DNA from: a virus
Reading direction: 5' to 3' (one strand)
DNA length: 64,000 nucleotides
IMG/VR virus record: IMGVR_UViG_3300036770_006434
Location: 96,001 to 160,000 of that record
Shown here piece by piece: positions 18,268 to 27,051 of the stretch. The position numbers and the translations under genes were made by a program. Position 1 is the stretch's first letter; each line of letters starts with the position of its first letter. Below the pieces are notes generated by a model. It did not search any database, was not told the DNA's origin, and saw nothing but the letters and a program-made list of their open reading frames with translations.

Positions 18268-18483
18268 TTAGCCGGGGTAAGCGCCCCTAGACTTCATGTC
18301 GGACACCCATTTTTTGCGATGCCCAGCTATATCCCAGTCCCACTTGGCGGTTTCATAACCCACATCGTAGCCAGCTTTTTCCGACATATACCATTTGTGC
18401 TCAAGGATAGCCTGTTTTTCCATCAACCAAGCCGTGTAAAGATTGGACCTTTCAATCGGGAACATCTCTCCGGTAGCGTTCAT
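18268..18483 (-). CDS. DUF4032-like small protein of the PVC-bacterial type
   Basis: 'SNLYTAWLMEKQAILEHKWYMSEKAGYDVGYETAKWDW...HRKKW' resembles recalled verrucomicrobial 'LYxEFLAEREEILRHKWIESEKAGHDIGFExALLDW...HR' proteins. Confidence 0.65.
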   Translation of the reverse strand: MNATGEMFPIERSNLYTAWLMEKQAILEHKWYMSEKAGYDVGYETAKWDWDIAGHRKKWVSDMKSRGAYPG

Positions 18484-18494
18484 TGTCAACAGTA

Positions 18495-18501
18495 GTTACA
18501 C
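18495..18501 (-). promoter_or_regulatory. Putative late promoter -10 element GTGTAAC
   Basis: GAAAA upstream at 18515-18519; 11 nt before ATG 18483. Confidence 0.55.
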
Positions 18502-18521
18502 TTGTCGCAACGGGTTTTCTC

Positions 18522-18549
18522 TTGACTACCTGACAAATACCTCCATAAT
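18522..18549 (+). promoter_or_regulatory. Putative sigma70-type promoter for the SSB gene
   Basis: TTGACT-N16-CATAAT. Confidence 0.6.
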
Positions 18550-18637
18550 AGACTTTTGCTGAAATCCGTGTCGGTCACAAGCCACTCGGGTCTAGGCAGA
18601 TACCAAACAAAAACCAAACACAAAACCAAATACTACC

Positions 18638-19387
18638 ATGGCACTTAGCAATGGATCAGGCACAAACAACTCCGGGCCGCTCGTCTTTTTGAGCGCCCGT
18701 TCAAAGATCAAGGGCTCAGATGGAAAAGACGTGGAACTCGCCAAGCCCTATTTCGAGATTTCCCGCGTAAACGACGAGGGTCAGATCGTAAAAACCGACG
18801 AGACCGCGACCCGAGTGGAAGGAGACCTTGTAGCTATCAAACTCAAGGTCCGTGAATACAACGGCAAAAAGACCCCTCATGTAGTCCTTTACGTTCAGGA
18901 CAATAACCCGGAAGCTGAAAAGAAGGAAACCTACTCTCTGGATTTGACGCACCGCATCTCGACCCGATCCCTGTTCAACGCCATCCTCTCGCTGGAGAGC
19001 CCGAAGAATATCGCGATCAGTATCTACAAGTCGAAAAAGGGTTACGAATCCTTTGGGCTGGATCAGGACGGCGAAAAAGTGAAGTGGAAGTATGAAATTG
19101 CCGATCTTCCCGCCGCCGAAGTAATCAAGGACAAGAGGGGCGAAGTCATCAAAACGGATCACAGCGATGTTGACGCCTTTTTCGAGACCGAACTCAAGGT
19201 GTTGGCCGAAAAGTTCGGGTTCAACACCGGGAATAAGTCGGACAACAAGCCGGCCACGGATGAGACCCCGACTCCTGCCGCGACTCCCGCTGCCAAGCCT
19301 GCTGCAAAGTCCACTGGCAAACCGGCCGCCAAAGCCGCCGCCAAGCCGGAGCCCGAACAGAACGACGACGATAGCGTGCCGTTCTAA
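18638..19387 (+). CDS. Putative single-stranded DNA-binding protein
   Basis: Beta-rich N-terminal domain, Pro/Ala/Lys-rich linker and an acidic-aromatic tail 'NDDDSVPF' like the SSB C-terminal DDDIPF tip. Confidence 0.65.
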   Translation: MALSNGSGTNNSGPLVFLSARSKIKGSDGKDVELAKPYFEISRVNDEGQIVKTDETATRVEGDLVAIKLKVREYNGKKTPHVVLYVQDNNPEAEKKETYSLDLTHRISTRSLFNAILSLESPKNIAISIYKSKKGYESFGLDQDGEKVKWKYEIADLPAAEVIKDKRGEVIKTDHSDVDAFFETELKVLAEKFGFNTGNKSDNKPATDETPTPAATPAAKPAAKSTGKPAAKAAAKPEPEQNDDDSVPF

Positions 19388-19413
19388 TCGGGACTGAAAT
19401 AAGACCCCACTCG

Positions 19414-19448
19414 CCCCGTTCGCCGGATTCTCTGGCAACGGGGTTTTT
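19414..19448 (+). terminator. Intrinsic terminator after SSB
   Basis: CCCCGTT...AACGGGG stem followed by TTTTT. Confidence 0.65.
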
Positions 19449-19466
19449 GGGTAAGGAACGGTAACT

Positions 19467-19673
19467 ATGGACGCTACACAATTTACATATTGGCTCAAAG
19501 GGTATACGGAACTCGGGGGAGACTGCCCGACTCCGGCGCAGTGGGAAGTAATCAAGGAGCATTTGGATTTGGTGTTTAACAAGGTAACGACGAAGACGGT
19601 GACATCTCCAAGTCCTACCCCTACATACTGCACGAATGCTGCGGTAAATTACACCAATTTAGACCTAAGCTAG
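19467..19673 (+). CDS. Small conserved phage hypothetical protein
   Basis: 'QFTYWLKGYTEL...QWEVIKEHLDLVFNKVT' is a common phage small-ORF pattern. Confidence 0.7.
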   Translation: MDATQFTYWLKGYTELGGDCPTPAQWEVIKEHLDLVFNKVTTKTVTSPSPTPTYCTNAAVNYTNLDLS

Positions 19674-19709
19674 AATAAGTCAAACCCCATCATTCGCTGT
19701 TAACTTTCT

Positions 19710-22700
19710 ATGTCCCGCAAAAAGAAAATCGTTCTTTCCACCAACCCGCCTTGGCTCCACACCGGACTGGCGGAAAACGGTCGCTTTCTGGCACAATGGT
19801 TGTATAAGACCGGAAAATATGACCTCTCCTATTACTGCTCCCAGTCCAGTGTGGCGGACCCCAATCACGGGCGGCAACCTTGGAAGAGTCGCGGCTGTAT
19901 CCCGAACGACCCCAACATTATCCAACAGCTGAATCAGGACCAGAACCGCGCCAGAATGGCATCATACGGCGGGCTGCTCATCGGACAAGTGGTAAAAGAG
20001 GAACAACCGGACATCCTGTGGTGTTCGGACGACGCTTGGGCGTTCCCCGGAAACGAGTTTTTCAACGCCCCTTGGTGGAATAAAATCAATCCGATTCTCC
20101 ACATCACGGTAGACTCTCTCCCCATTCTGGAACAGGCGTATGATCAGGCGAAAGTGACGCCCAATTTTTTTACGTGGGCCAAATTCGGGTCCACCGAAAT
20201 GCGGAAACGTGGCCCGGAATGGGCGCATACCAAGCAGATTTACGGCGCGACGAATGTAAACAATTTCTCTCCGGTTTCAGCGAACGAGAAAGCGGAGTTG
20301 CGGCGACGGTTCGGTATCGGGCAGAACACACTGGTATTCGGATTCACGTTCCGTAACCAGTTGCGAAAAGAAGCGCTTTCCGTCCTTCGCGCGTTCCAAG
20401 AGTTTACGAAACTCCACAAAACGGTTGACGCAAAACTCCACCTGCACACGAGTTGGAGTGAAACCGCGAACGGATGGGACATCCCGAAGTTCATCAAACT
20501 CTTCGGTGTAAATCCCGAAAGCGTGCTCTGCACTTACGTTTGCAAAAACTGCGGGAACTGGCACATCTCCCCGTATCGCGGCGAGGATCAGAACTGCCCG
20601 TATTGCGGGGCGCAGAAGTCCATGGTAACCGCCAATATCAATCACGGTGTTCCGGATGAGGAAATGAAATATGTCTACGGCATCCGTGACGCGACAGTTT
20701 CCGCTTTCACCTCCGGTGGTCTGGAATTCGAGAACGTGAATACCCTCCTTTGCGGACTCCCGCTGGCCAGCACCAATTACTCGTGCGGTCAGGATTTCTG
20801 CGAGCAACCGTTTGTGACTCCTATCGACTGGCATTTCCGCAATGAGGCTGGCACCTCTTTCATCAAGGCCACCAACGATATCGGCTCCATCCGGAAGTTC
20901 ATGGAAAAGATTTCTGCCATGTCTCTTGCGAAACGTCAGGAAATCGGAGAAATCGGGCGGGATTGGGCGAAGAACACGTTTTCCATCGAGTCTATTGGGC
21001 CGCAGTGGGAGCAAGTTTTCGACGCTTTGCCGCCAAAAGATTGGTCCTCCATCTCCCTTACGCCGCCGCGCAAGAACGAGACTTATCCTATTCCCCAGAT
21101 TCAGGATGATCAAGCATGGGTGACGGCGCTGTATAACAATATCCTTGTCTGTCAGCCCGACCCCGATGGGCTCAAACACTGGATGTCCCAGCTGAAATCG
21201 GGAATCACGCGAGACGCGATCTATCAGTTTTTCCTCAAGATTGCCCGCGAGGACAACGCCAAGCTGGAGCCGCCGAAAGACTTCTCATCCCTGTTTGACG
21301 CAAATGATAGGAAGAAAATCCTCTTCGTAATGAAGGAGTCCGGCGGGGACCTGTTTATTGCCAGTGCCCTGTTCAAGGGACTGAAGGCTCTATACCCCGG
21401 AGCAGACCTATACGTTGGGTGCGAACCCAAATTCGCGGAAATCATTGCTGGAAATCCCTATGTTCACAAAATCCTGAGCTACCACCCGGCCATGGAGCAG
21501 GAACTGGTCATGCGCAACTACGTTGACCATTACTACTTCCCGGCGGTCCAGACGCAAAGACAACTCGGGTATCTGACCCGCAAGTTGACGCTGGCCCAGA
21601 CCTACGCGCACGCATCCGGCGTTGAGTTGGACAAACCTTGGATTCTGTCCACGTTTTTCCCGCTGGATCATCCGGTCGAAAAATCTATTCTGATCCACGC
21701 CTTTGCCGGGGCCACGGTAAACCAAAACGGGCAAATCCACGCCACGTTTCCGGCCAAAATCTACGATCACTTCAATGACGTGGTCCAGCTCCTGAAACCA
21801 ATCGCGGAATCTCTCGGCTACAAACTGTATCAGATCGGCGGACCCGGCGAACCCGGCTTGAAGGGAATAGAGTCTCTGGTCGGAAAAACGAGCATGCACC
21901 AATGCGCGTATCTGGTCAAAAACTGCGCGCTCCTTATCGGGAATGACTCCATGTGGGCTCATATCCGAGGGGGCGAAATGAAGCCACAGGTCCATATCTA
22001 TGGCTCAACTTCATCCCCTCATTTCCCACACTGGCGCGACCCCGAAAAGTCGTTTTTGATCGAGTCCCATCGCGGCGGCAAGAAACCCAGTTACGCGGCT
22101 GTAGAAACCCCCAAGACGATCAACTGGATCACGCCGGAAGAGATCGTGAATACGTCCCTCAAAGCGATTGGAGCTGAACGGCGCGTGACCCAGAAATCCA
22201 TTCTGTTCGGCGATGCCTACCATGTGGCAGCGGTCGAGCTTGTGCCCAACTGTATTGTCGGTCCACAAGTTCAGATGCCGGGACCTCTGGTGGTCAGAAT
22301 GGATTATGTGTCGGACGCAAAGGCGGCAGAGCCCCATCTCCTCTCCAATCTACAGATCAGGCCGTGCCTGATTATCACGGACAAGGAATTGGACCTGAAC
22401 CTTTTGCGACAGGCCAAGCCGAGGATCACAGCGTTGCGCGTAGAGGTTGACAAAGTAAGTCCCGAATGGGTCAAGCAGGTCAAAAAGATCGGTATCCCGA
22501 CGGCGTTTTTCTCATCGGAACAGGACCCCGAAAAACTCGCCAAGCTACGGTTGGACTATTACGATACCTGCGTTTTCGACCATTTTCAACCGCCTAAGAA
22601 AGAGGAGTTTGAAAAACTTGCGGCAACATACCTGAACAAATCTCTTGACGCAGGTGGCATACCTGCTAACCTAAGGTTTGCTACAAATAAATTCCTTTTA

Positions 22701-22841
22701 TCCGAAGGAAAGGTCTATCTGTCAAAGGCTCACTGGAAACTCGGCAAACACGCCGACAGCACAGAAAAAAATACCGATGACGTGATAGATTCTCCGGATT
22801 TCTGGGAAGAGTTTTCACACTTCTACATATACCAAAAATGA
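19710..22841 (+). CDS. Multidomain glycosyltransferase: GT4 (with Zn-ribbon insert) + DUF4214-like + GT9-like + C-terminal unknown domain
   Basis: 'GFTFRNQLRKE', 'CKNC...CPYC', 'FTSGGLEFENVNTLLCGLP'; 'WVTALYNNIL...PDPDGLKHW'; 'GGDLFIASALFKGLKALYP', 'LLIGNDSMWAHI'. Confidence 0.75.
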   Translation: MSRKKKIVLSTNPPWLHTGLAENGRFLAQWLYKTGKYDLSYYCSQSSVADPNHGRQPWKSRGCIPNDPNIIQQLNQDQNRARMASYGGLLIGQVVKEEQPDILWCSDDAWAFPGNEFFNAPWWNKINPILHITVDSLPILEQAYDQAKVTPNFFTWAKFGSTEMRKRGPEWAHTKQIYGATNVNNFSPVSANEKAELRRRFGIGQNTLVFGFTFRNQLRKEALSVLRAFQEFTKLHKTVDAKLHLHTSWSETANGWDIPKFIKLFGVNPESVLCTYVCKNCGNWHISPYRGEDQNCPYCGAQKSMVTANINHGVPDEEMKYVYGIRDATVSAFTSGGLEFENVNTLLCGLPLASTNYSCGQDFCEQPFVTPIDWHFRNEAGTSFIKATNDIGSIRKFMEKISAMSLAKRQEIGEIGRDWAKNTFSIESIGPQWEQVFDALPPKDWSSISLTPPRKNETYPIPQIQDDQAWVTALYNNILVCQPDPDGLKHWMSQLKSGITRDAIYQFFLKIAREDNAKLEPPKDFSSLFDANDRKKILFVMKESGGDLFIASALFKGLKALYPGADLYVGCEPKFAEIIAGNPYVHKILSYHPAMEQELVMRNYVDHYYFPAVQTQRQLGYLTRKLTLAQTYAHASGVELDKPWILSTFFPLDHPVEKSILIHAFAGATVNQNGQIHATFPAKIYDHFNDVVQLLKPIAESLGYKLYQIGGPGEPGLKGIESLVGKTSMHQCAYLVKNCALLIGNDSMWAHIRGGEMKPQVHIYGSTSSPHFPHWRDPEKSFLIESHRGGKKPSYAAVETPKTINWITPEEIVNTSLKAIGAERRVTQKSILFGDAYHVAAVELVPNCIVGPQVQMPGPLVVRMDYVSDAKAAEPHLLSNLQIRPCLIITDKELDLNLLRQAKPRITALRVEVDKVSPEWVKQVKKIGIPTAFFSSEQDPEKLAKLRLDYYDTCVFDHFQPPKKEEFEKLAATYLNKSLDAGGIPANLRFATNKFLLSEGKVYLSKAHWKLGKHADSTEKNTDDVIDSPDFWEEFSHFYIYQK
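22645..22672 (+). promoter_or_regulatory. Possible intragenic sigma70-type promoter for the downstream recombinase-like gene
   Basis: TTGACG-N16-TAACCT, overlapped by the inverted repeat GCAGGT-N5-ACCTGC. Confidence 0.35.
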
Positions 22842-23821
22842 CCCAACAAACATACTCCGTCGGAAACGAAAACATGCCTGTCACCTTCTGGGGTCCGGCG
22901 TTCGTTGAGGCGAAAGCCAAACCTGAATGGCCGCGCAAACCGGACGGTTCCGTCAATTGGCGCGCTCTTGTCCGCCCCGAACACCTTTATGTTAAACGGG
23001 AGTTCGAGCCGAAGGTAGCGGAAATGCTGGGTAAGAAATCGACCGATATCGCCAACCTCTTGCCAGAGGATATCGCCAAGGTCCCGGACAGGTATCTTGT
23101 CATCCGAAAGGCCGGTATTCTGGAACTGGCGCGACTGCGCGGCTACTCTTCCGCTGTCCCGGATGTTAAACATGCTGCCCGCGATTACGTGGTGGTTCAG
23201 ACTCTTGTCTCTTGGCTTCCGTTTGAGGGGCAGCCCGTAAAGACGAACGGCGGAGTAGGTGAAGCCCACCACGAGAATACCAGCCGACTCGGCGCATTCT
23301 ATCTTGCCGCAATGGCGGAAAACCGAGCCTTCGCCCGAGCCGTCCGCCAGTTCCTTGAAATCGACATCGTTTCCAGCGACGAACTCGGTGCGGGCATCGA
23401 GCCGGAGCAGAACCCGTCCGCTGTCCAGACCGCTACGTCAAACATCAATGACATGTTACCGACCGGCGCCTTGGCCAAAGCGGCGCATGAAGGCGGTTTC
23501 TCCTTTGAGCAGATCAAGAAGGCGGCCCTTTCCCGGTGGCAGGAGGACTCCATCAATGTCGCTAAAGACGCCAACTTCAAGCGCCGAATCGAGAATGACC
23601 CCACCGCTTGGCAGGACTTCAAGGATATCCCGGCCCGCGACTGCATGTCTCTGATTACACTGATCAAGGCCGCGAAAGCCGCGCGGGAGACCAGTAAAAA
23701 AGAAATGGAAGCCGAAAAGGTAAGTCAAACAACTCCGGTTGCCGAAACCGAGTCAGCTACCAAGCGCCGTGGACGACCGCCAAAGACTTCGCCTGCTCCG
23801 CAAGATCAGGCATCTGCATAG
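22838..23821 (+). CDS. Putative ssDNA-annealing protein (Rad52/Sak-like superfamily)
   Basis: 'KAGILELA...GVGEAHHENT...YLAAMAENRAFARAVRQFLEI...SSDEL' resembles the MAETRAxxRAxR motif of phage annealing proteins. Confidence 0.45.
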   Translation: MTQQTYSVGNENMPVTFWGPAFVEAKAKPEWPRKPDGSVNWRALVRPEHLYVKREFEPKVAEMLGKKSTDIANLLPEDIAKVPDRYLVIRKAGILELARLRGYSSAVPDVKHAARDYVVVQTLVSWLPFEGQPVKTNGGVGEAHHENTSRLGAFYLAAMAENRAFARAVRQFLEIDIVSSDELGAGIEPEQNPSAVQTATSNINDMLPTGALAKAAHEGGFSFEQIKKAALSRWQEDSINVAKDANFKRRIENDPTAWQDFKDIPARDCMSLITLIKAAKAARETSKKEMEAEKVSQTTPVAETESATKRRGRPPKTSPAPQDQASA

Positions 23822-23853
23822 GAACGGTAGGATAAAAGGACAGGAAACCCCAC

Positions 23854-23880
23854 GCCCGAGGCTAAACCCTCGGGCTTTTT
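23854..23880 (+). terminator. Intrinsic terminator
   Basis: GCCCGAGG-ctaaac-CCTCGGGC-TTTTT. Confidence 0.75.
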
Positions 23881-23881
23881 C

Positions 23882-23888
23882 GTGTAAC
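23882..23888 (+). promoter_or_regulatory. Putative late promoter -10 element GTGTAAC
   Basis: AAA ends 15 nt upstream; 10 nt before ATG 23899. Confidence 0.65.
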
Positions 23889-23898
23889 CTACTCGGAA

Positions 23899-24351
23899 AT
23901 GTCGTCTCTAATATCCGACTCCGAAAAGGCTTTGCTCCTGACTGATTTTCAGCAGGTCGTGGACACGTTCCTGCGCCCGTTGGTCGTTTATCAGGAAGCG
24001 CAAAGAACAGTGATAGTCTCAAATCCAGATTATAACCCATTTTCCGACTGGAATCAGAACAATACGGACATCCAGAATACGCCGGTTTACACGACCATCA
24101 GCGGGCGAATCCTGTGGGACAAGCAGCAGGAATGGAAGTATGTCCGGCCGCCGGATAGCCCCCAGATCAAAACGAAGGATGCCACCAATCGCTCGGTTCG
24201 CCTCAAGGTGGACCCATCTGGATACAATCTGTTGAAGGACGCGAAAAAGGTAGAGATCGACGGCGTTCTTCTGGATATCGAAAGTCAGGCTAGACCCCAC
24301 GGGCTTTTCGATACCAATTACTACACCTTCTATTTTGTCCGTTCCATGTAA
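23899..24351 (+). CDS. Putative head-closure/neck protein
   Basis: Beta-rich 150-aa protein, first gene of the neck/tail block. Confidence 0.5.
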   Translation: MSSLISDSEKALLLTDFQQVVDTFLRPLVVYQEAQRTVIVSNPDYNPFSDWNQNNTDIQNTPVYTTISGRILWDKQQEWKYVRPPDSPQIKTKDATNRSVRLKVDPSGYNLLKDAKKVEIDGVLLDIESQARPHGLFDTNYYTFYFVRSM

Positions 24352-24366
24352 CGGAAAAGGCTCATT

Positions 24367-25029
24367 ATGGCCAAAATGAACATGGCAGCCATAAAGGTGA
24401 CGGTAGCCCAAGATAAGAACGGGGTTATGAAAAAAGCTGCGCAAACCCGTGCGGAACAGGTATTTGAGGACGCTGTAATCGGTATGCAGATGGAGTTTGA
24501 GAATCACTCTGTCACAAAAGAGGTGGCCCAAGGAATTGGAGCCTCGAATATCAGCAAGACGCTTGGCGGCAAAGCGGCACCCAAAAACCTTTACTCATTT
24601 ATCGGGTTTGAGGCCAGTGAAAATGACCAGACGGGACCTATTCGAGACGCTCTTTCGCCAGACGACCCGGCGGGACCCAAGCTGAGGTATGGCGGTAAAG
24701 AAGTGATGTCTAATCAGAATGCCAGATTCAAATTCGAGATATCGGCACCCGACAAGCAGAGAATCTACAAAAACACCCCGATGCCTTGGGCTTCCGGCTG
24801 GAGCTGGGCGCAGAAGATAGAGACAAAAATCCCCGGATTCTCGCGGTTTCTCGCCGAGTTCATGGGCGACCCGTCGCGTTCAGGCGGCGGCGTTCAGATC
24901 AAAGGCCATGACATTAGAAGCGAAGAATACACCCCGCCAGACGAGGGGTATTTAACGACCATATTCCAGAACTTCTTGAACCGTGTCCGCCAGTATAATC
25001 GCGGCGGGTTCAGACGGAGATTCAAATGA
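24367..25029 (+). CDS. Putative neck/tail-completion protein
   Basis: Position between the head-closure-like and terminator-like genes; ATGTAAC variant at 24346. Confidence 0.4.
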   Translation: MAKMNMAAIKVTVAQDKNGVMKKAAQTRAEQVFEDAVIGMQMEFENHSVTKEVAQGIGASNISKTLGGKAAPKNLYSFIGFEASENDQTGPIRDALSPDDPAGPKLRYGGKEVMSNQNARFKFEISAPDKQRIYKNTPMPWASGWSWAQKIETKIPGFSRFLAEFMGDPSRSGGGVQIKGHDIRSEEYTPPDEGYLTTIFQNFLNRVRQYNRGGFRRRFK

Positions 25030-26162
25030 TAACGACCTCTTTTTCCAAGTCTGCTCTTTTGTCGTTTTTCGCTTGGTTGGACCATCAGCTCCTTCAGGAA
25101 GGACAGATGTATACCAATGCCAATACCCAGCTTTACAAGCAGACGAGCACGGACCCGGTTCTTGGAAACCAGTATACCACCTATTCGTCTCCTTTTCGGT
25201 CTCTGGTCTGGGATCAATCCGTGAGTGGCGCAAATCGGTTTAACGCCATTTCCGGCTACGTTTTCAACTCCTCTCAGTTCACCTCCAGCGGAGGCGACCA
25301 ACTGTATTCAAGCGTCATTTTTCCGCAAATCCCTGCCACCGGATATGGCGGCGCGTCTTTGCAGATGGACCTCAGTTTTCCAGCCTATATAACGGCCCCG
25401 ACCGGGACGGTGATATTGAGCGGAAACAGCGTCTTTTTCCCCGACAACCTGACGCAGACCACGGCAATCCGCTTTTCTGGTGCAAACTCGGGGGATTACT
25501 CGGACCTGATTGTATCCATCACGGGAACGGCCACCGTCATTTCCGGGGGCCAATATGGGATGCAAATGGACTTCCAAAACGGAAGAGTTATTGTCCCGAT
25601 AGACACTTTTCCCGCAACCTCTATTTTTTCAGGCTCTTACGCGATAAAGGACTTCAATCTGTATTTTGCCAATGGCGGCGCTGACCGCATGGTATTTACG
25701 AACAAACCCTATCTGAACAGTAGGTTTAACCGGGCAATGACCGGAATGCCTCCGCCCCATCAAAGAGTGACTCCAGCCATCTTCATCTCCACCCAAACCC
25801 TCAAGAATGAGCCAAAATCGCTGGGTGGCGGCTATATGTATGATACCGAAATAAAGGTAAAACTGGATGTTTGGGCGGAAACAGCGGGACAGCTGGAAAA
25901 CGCTCTATCCCTATTGGTAGACTCAAAAGACCTGTGTTTCCCCGAGATTTCGGAGTCACAGTGGCCGTTGGCCCCTACCGGCGACCTCAAATCTACGCCA
26001 TACAACTACGAAACGCTTTTTGACAGCCTATATACTCCATCAAACCTGTATAGCATCACAAAAGTCAGGTCTTCAAAATACGGGGACTCGGTTCCGATAG
26101 ATCAGTCAATTTTTGGCGGCAAGGTGGAATTAACCCTGCAAAGGACCCGCAGACTCAGGTAG
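25026..26162 (+). CDS. Virion neck/tail-terminator-like protein, paralog 1 (with an SG/TG-rich insertion)
   Basis: Aligns with 26185-27051 ('YLNSRFNR...TP.IF', 'WPL.P.GD.KS.YNY'). Confidence 0.55.
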   Translation: MITTSFSKSALLSFFAWLDHQLLQEGQMYTNANTQLYKQTSTDPVLGNQYTTYSSPFRSLVWDQSVSGANRFNAISGYVFNSSQFTSSGGDQLYSSVIFPQIPATGYGGASLQMDLSFPAYITAPTGTVILSGNSVFFPDNLTQTTAIRFSGANSGDYSDLIVSITGTATVISGGQYGMQMDFQNGRVIVPIDTFPATSIFSGSYAIKDFNLYFANGGADRMVFTNKPYLNSRFNRAMTGMPPPHQRVTPAIFISTQTLKNEPKSLGGGYMYDTEIKVKLDVWAETAGQLENALSLLVDSKDLCFPEISESQWPLAPTGDLKSTPYNYETLFDSLYTPSNLYSITKVRSSKYGDSVPIDQSIFGGKVELTLQRTRRLR

Positions 26163-26168
26163 CTCTCA

Positions 26169-26175
26169 GTGTAAC
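26169..26175 (+). promoter_or_regulatory. Putative late promoter -10 element GTGTAAC
   Basis: 9 nt before ATG 26185; no upstream AAA. Confidence 0.5.
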
Positions 26176-26184
26176 TGAAAACGT

Positions 26185-27051
26185 ATGGCGAACACATCAT
26201 TCTCAACGATTACGCTGCTCTCCTTTGCTCAGTGGTTTACAAACAGATTGCAACAGGACGGTCAGGCGTATTTCAACACGACCAGCCGGCTCTACTATCA
26301 GCCGGATACCCGGTTGCCTGCGGGATATATCGCATACTCATCTCCTTTCAGGTCATGGGTTTATGATTCTGGTGTATCTGGCGCTGCGGTTTTGGACAGA
26401 ATCAGCGGCTCTCTAGGAGTCGGTGGGACAGGCTTCGTTTTGCGCGGCCAGTCCGGGCTACAGATAGACTACACAAATGGGCGGGTAATTTTCCCCTCTT
26501 CCGTTGGAACAAATGCCGTAATATCAGGGACTTACGCGGTTTCAGAGTTGAACACTTATTTCGCCAACCAAAGCGCGGAAAAGATGGTGTTTACCAACAA
26601 GTATTACCTGAACAGTCGGTTTAACAGGCCAATTACCGGTATTCCTCCGGCCAACGACATGGTCACGCCCTGCGTTTTTGTAACAAATCTTGGCGGCGAG
26701 AATGAGGGCCGAGCATTTGGCGGCCTCTACAACACCATGATGGATGTAAGACTCATAGTCATGGCTGAGACCATTAACCAACTGGAGGGAACACTATCTT
26801 TGGCTACCGACGCTACCGACGCCAATTTTCCGCAGTTGCCGCCATACCTGTGGCCCCTTGGACCGCTTGGAGATGTAAAATCCGGCTACAACTACCAAAC
26901 CATCAAAGAGGAGTATGGCCAGCCGCGCAACCTGTATACCATAAACGAGGTGACAGCGACAAAGGTCGGTGACAATCTGAAGATAGACGAGTCCGTTTTT
27001 GTCGGCCTGATAGACCTTAAAATAGAGCGGCCTCGTTCGATCCATGGATAA
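26185..27051 (+). CDS. Virion neck/tail-terminator-like protein, paralog 2
   Basis: Paralog of 25026-26162; located immediately upstream of the tube genes. Confidence 0.55.
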   Translation: MANTSFSTITLLSFAQWFTNRLQQDGQAYFNTTSRLYYQPDTRLPAGYIAYSSPFRSWVYDSGVSGAAVLDRISGSLGVGGTGFVLRGQSGLQIDYTNGRVIFPSSVGTNAVISGTYAVSELNTYFANQSAEKMVFTNKYYLNSRFNRPITGIPPANDMVTPCVFVTNLGGENEGRAFGGLYNTMMDVRLIVMAETINQLEGTLSLATDATDANFPQLPPYLWPLGPLGDVKSGYNYQTIKEEYGQPRNLYTINEVTATKVGDNLKIDESVFVGLIDLKIERPRSIHG

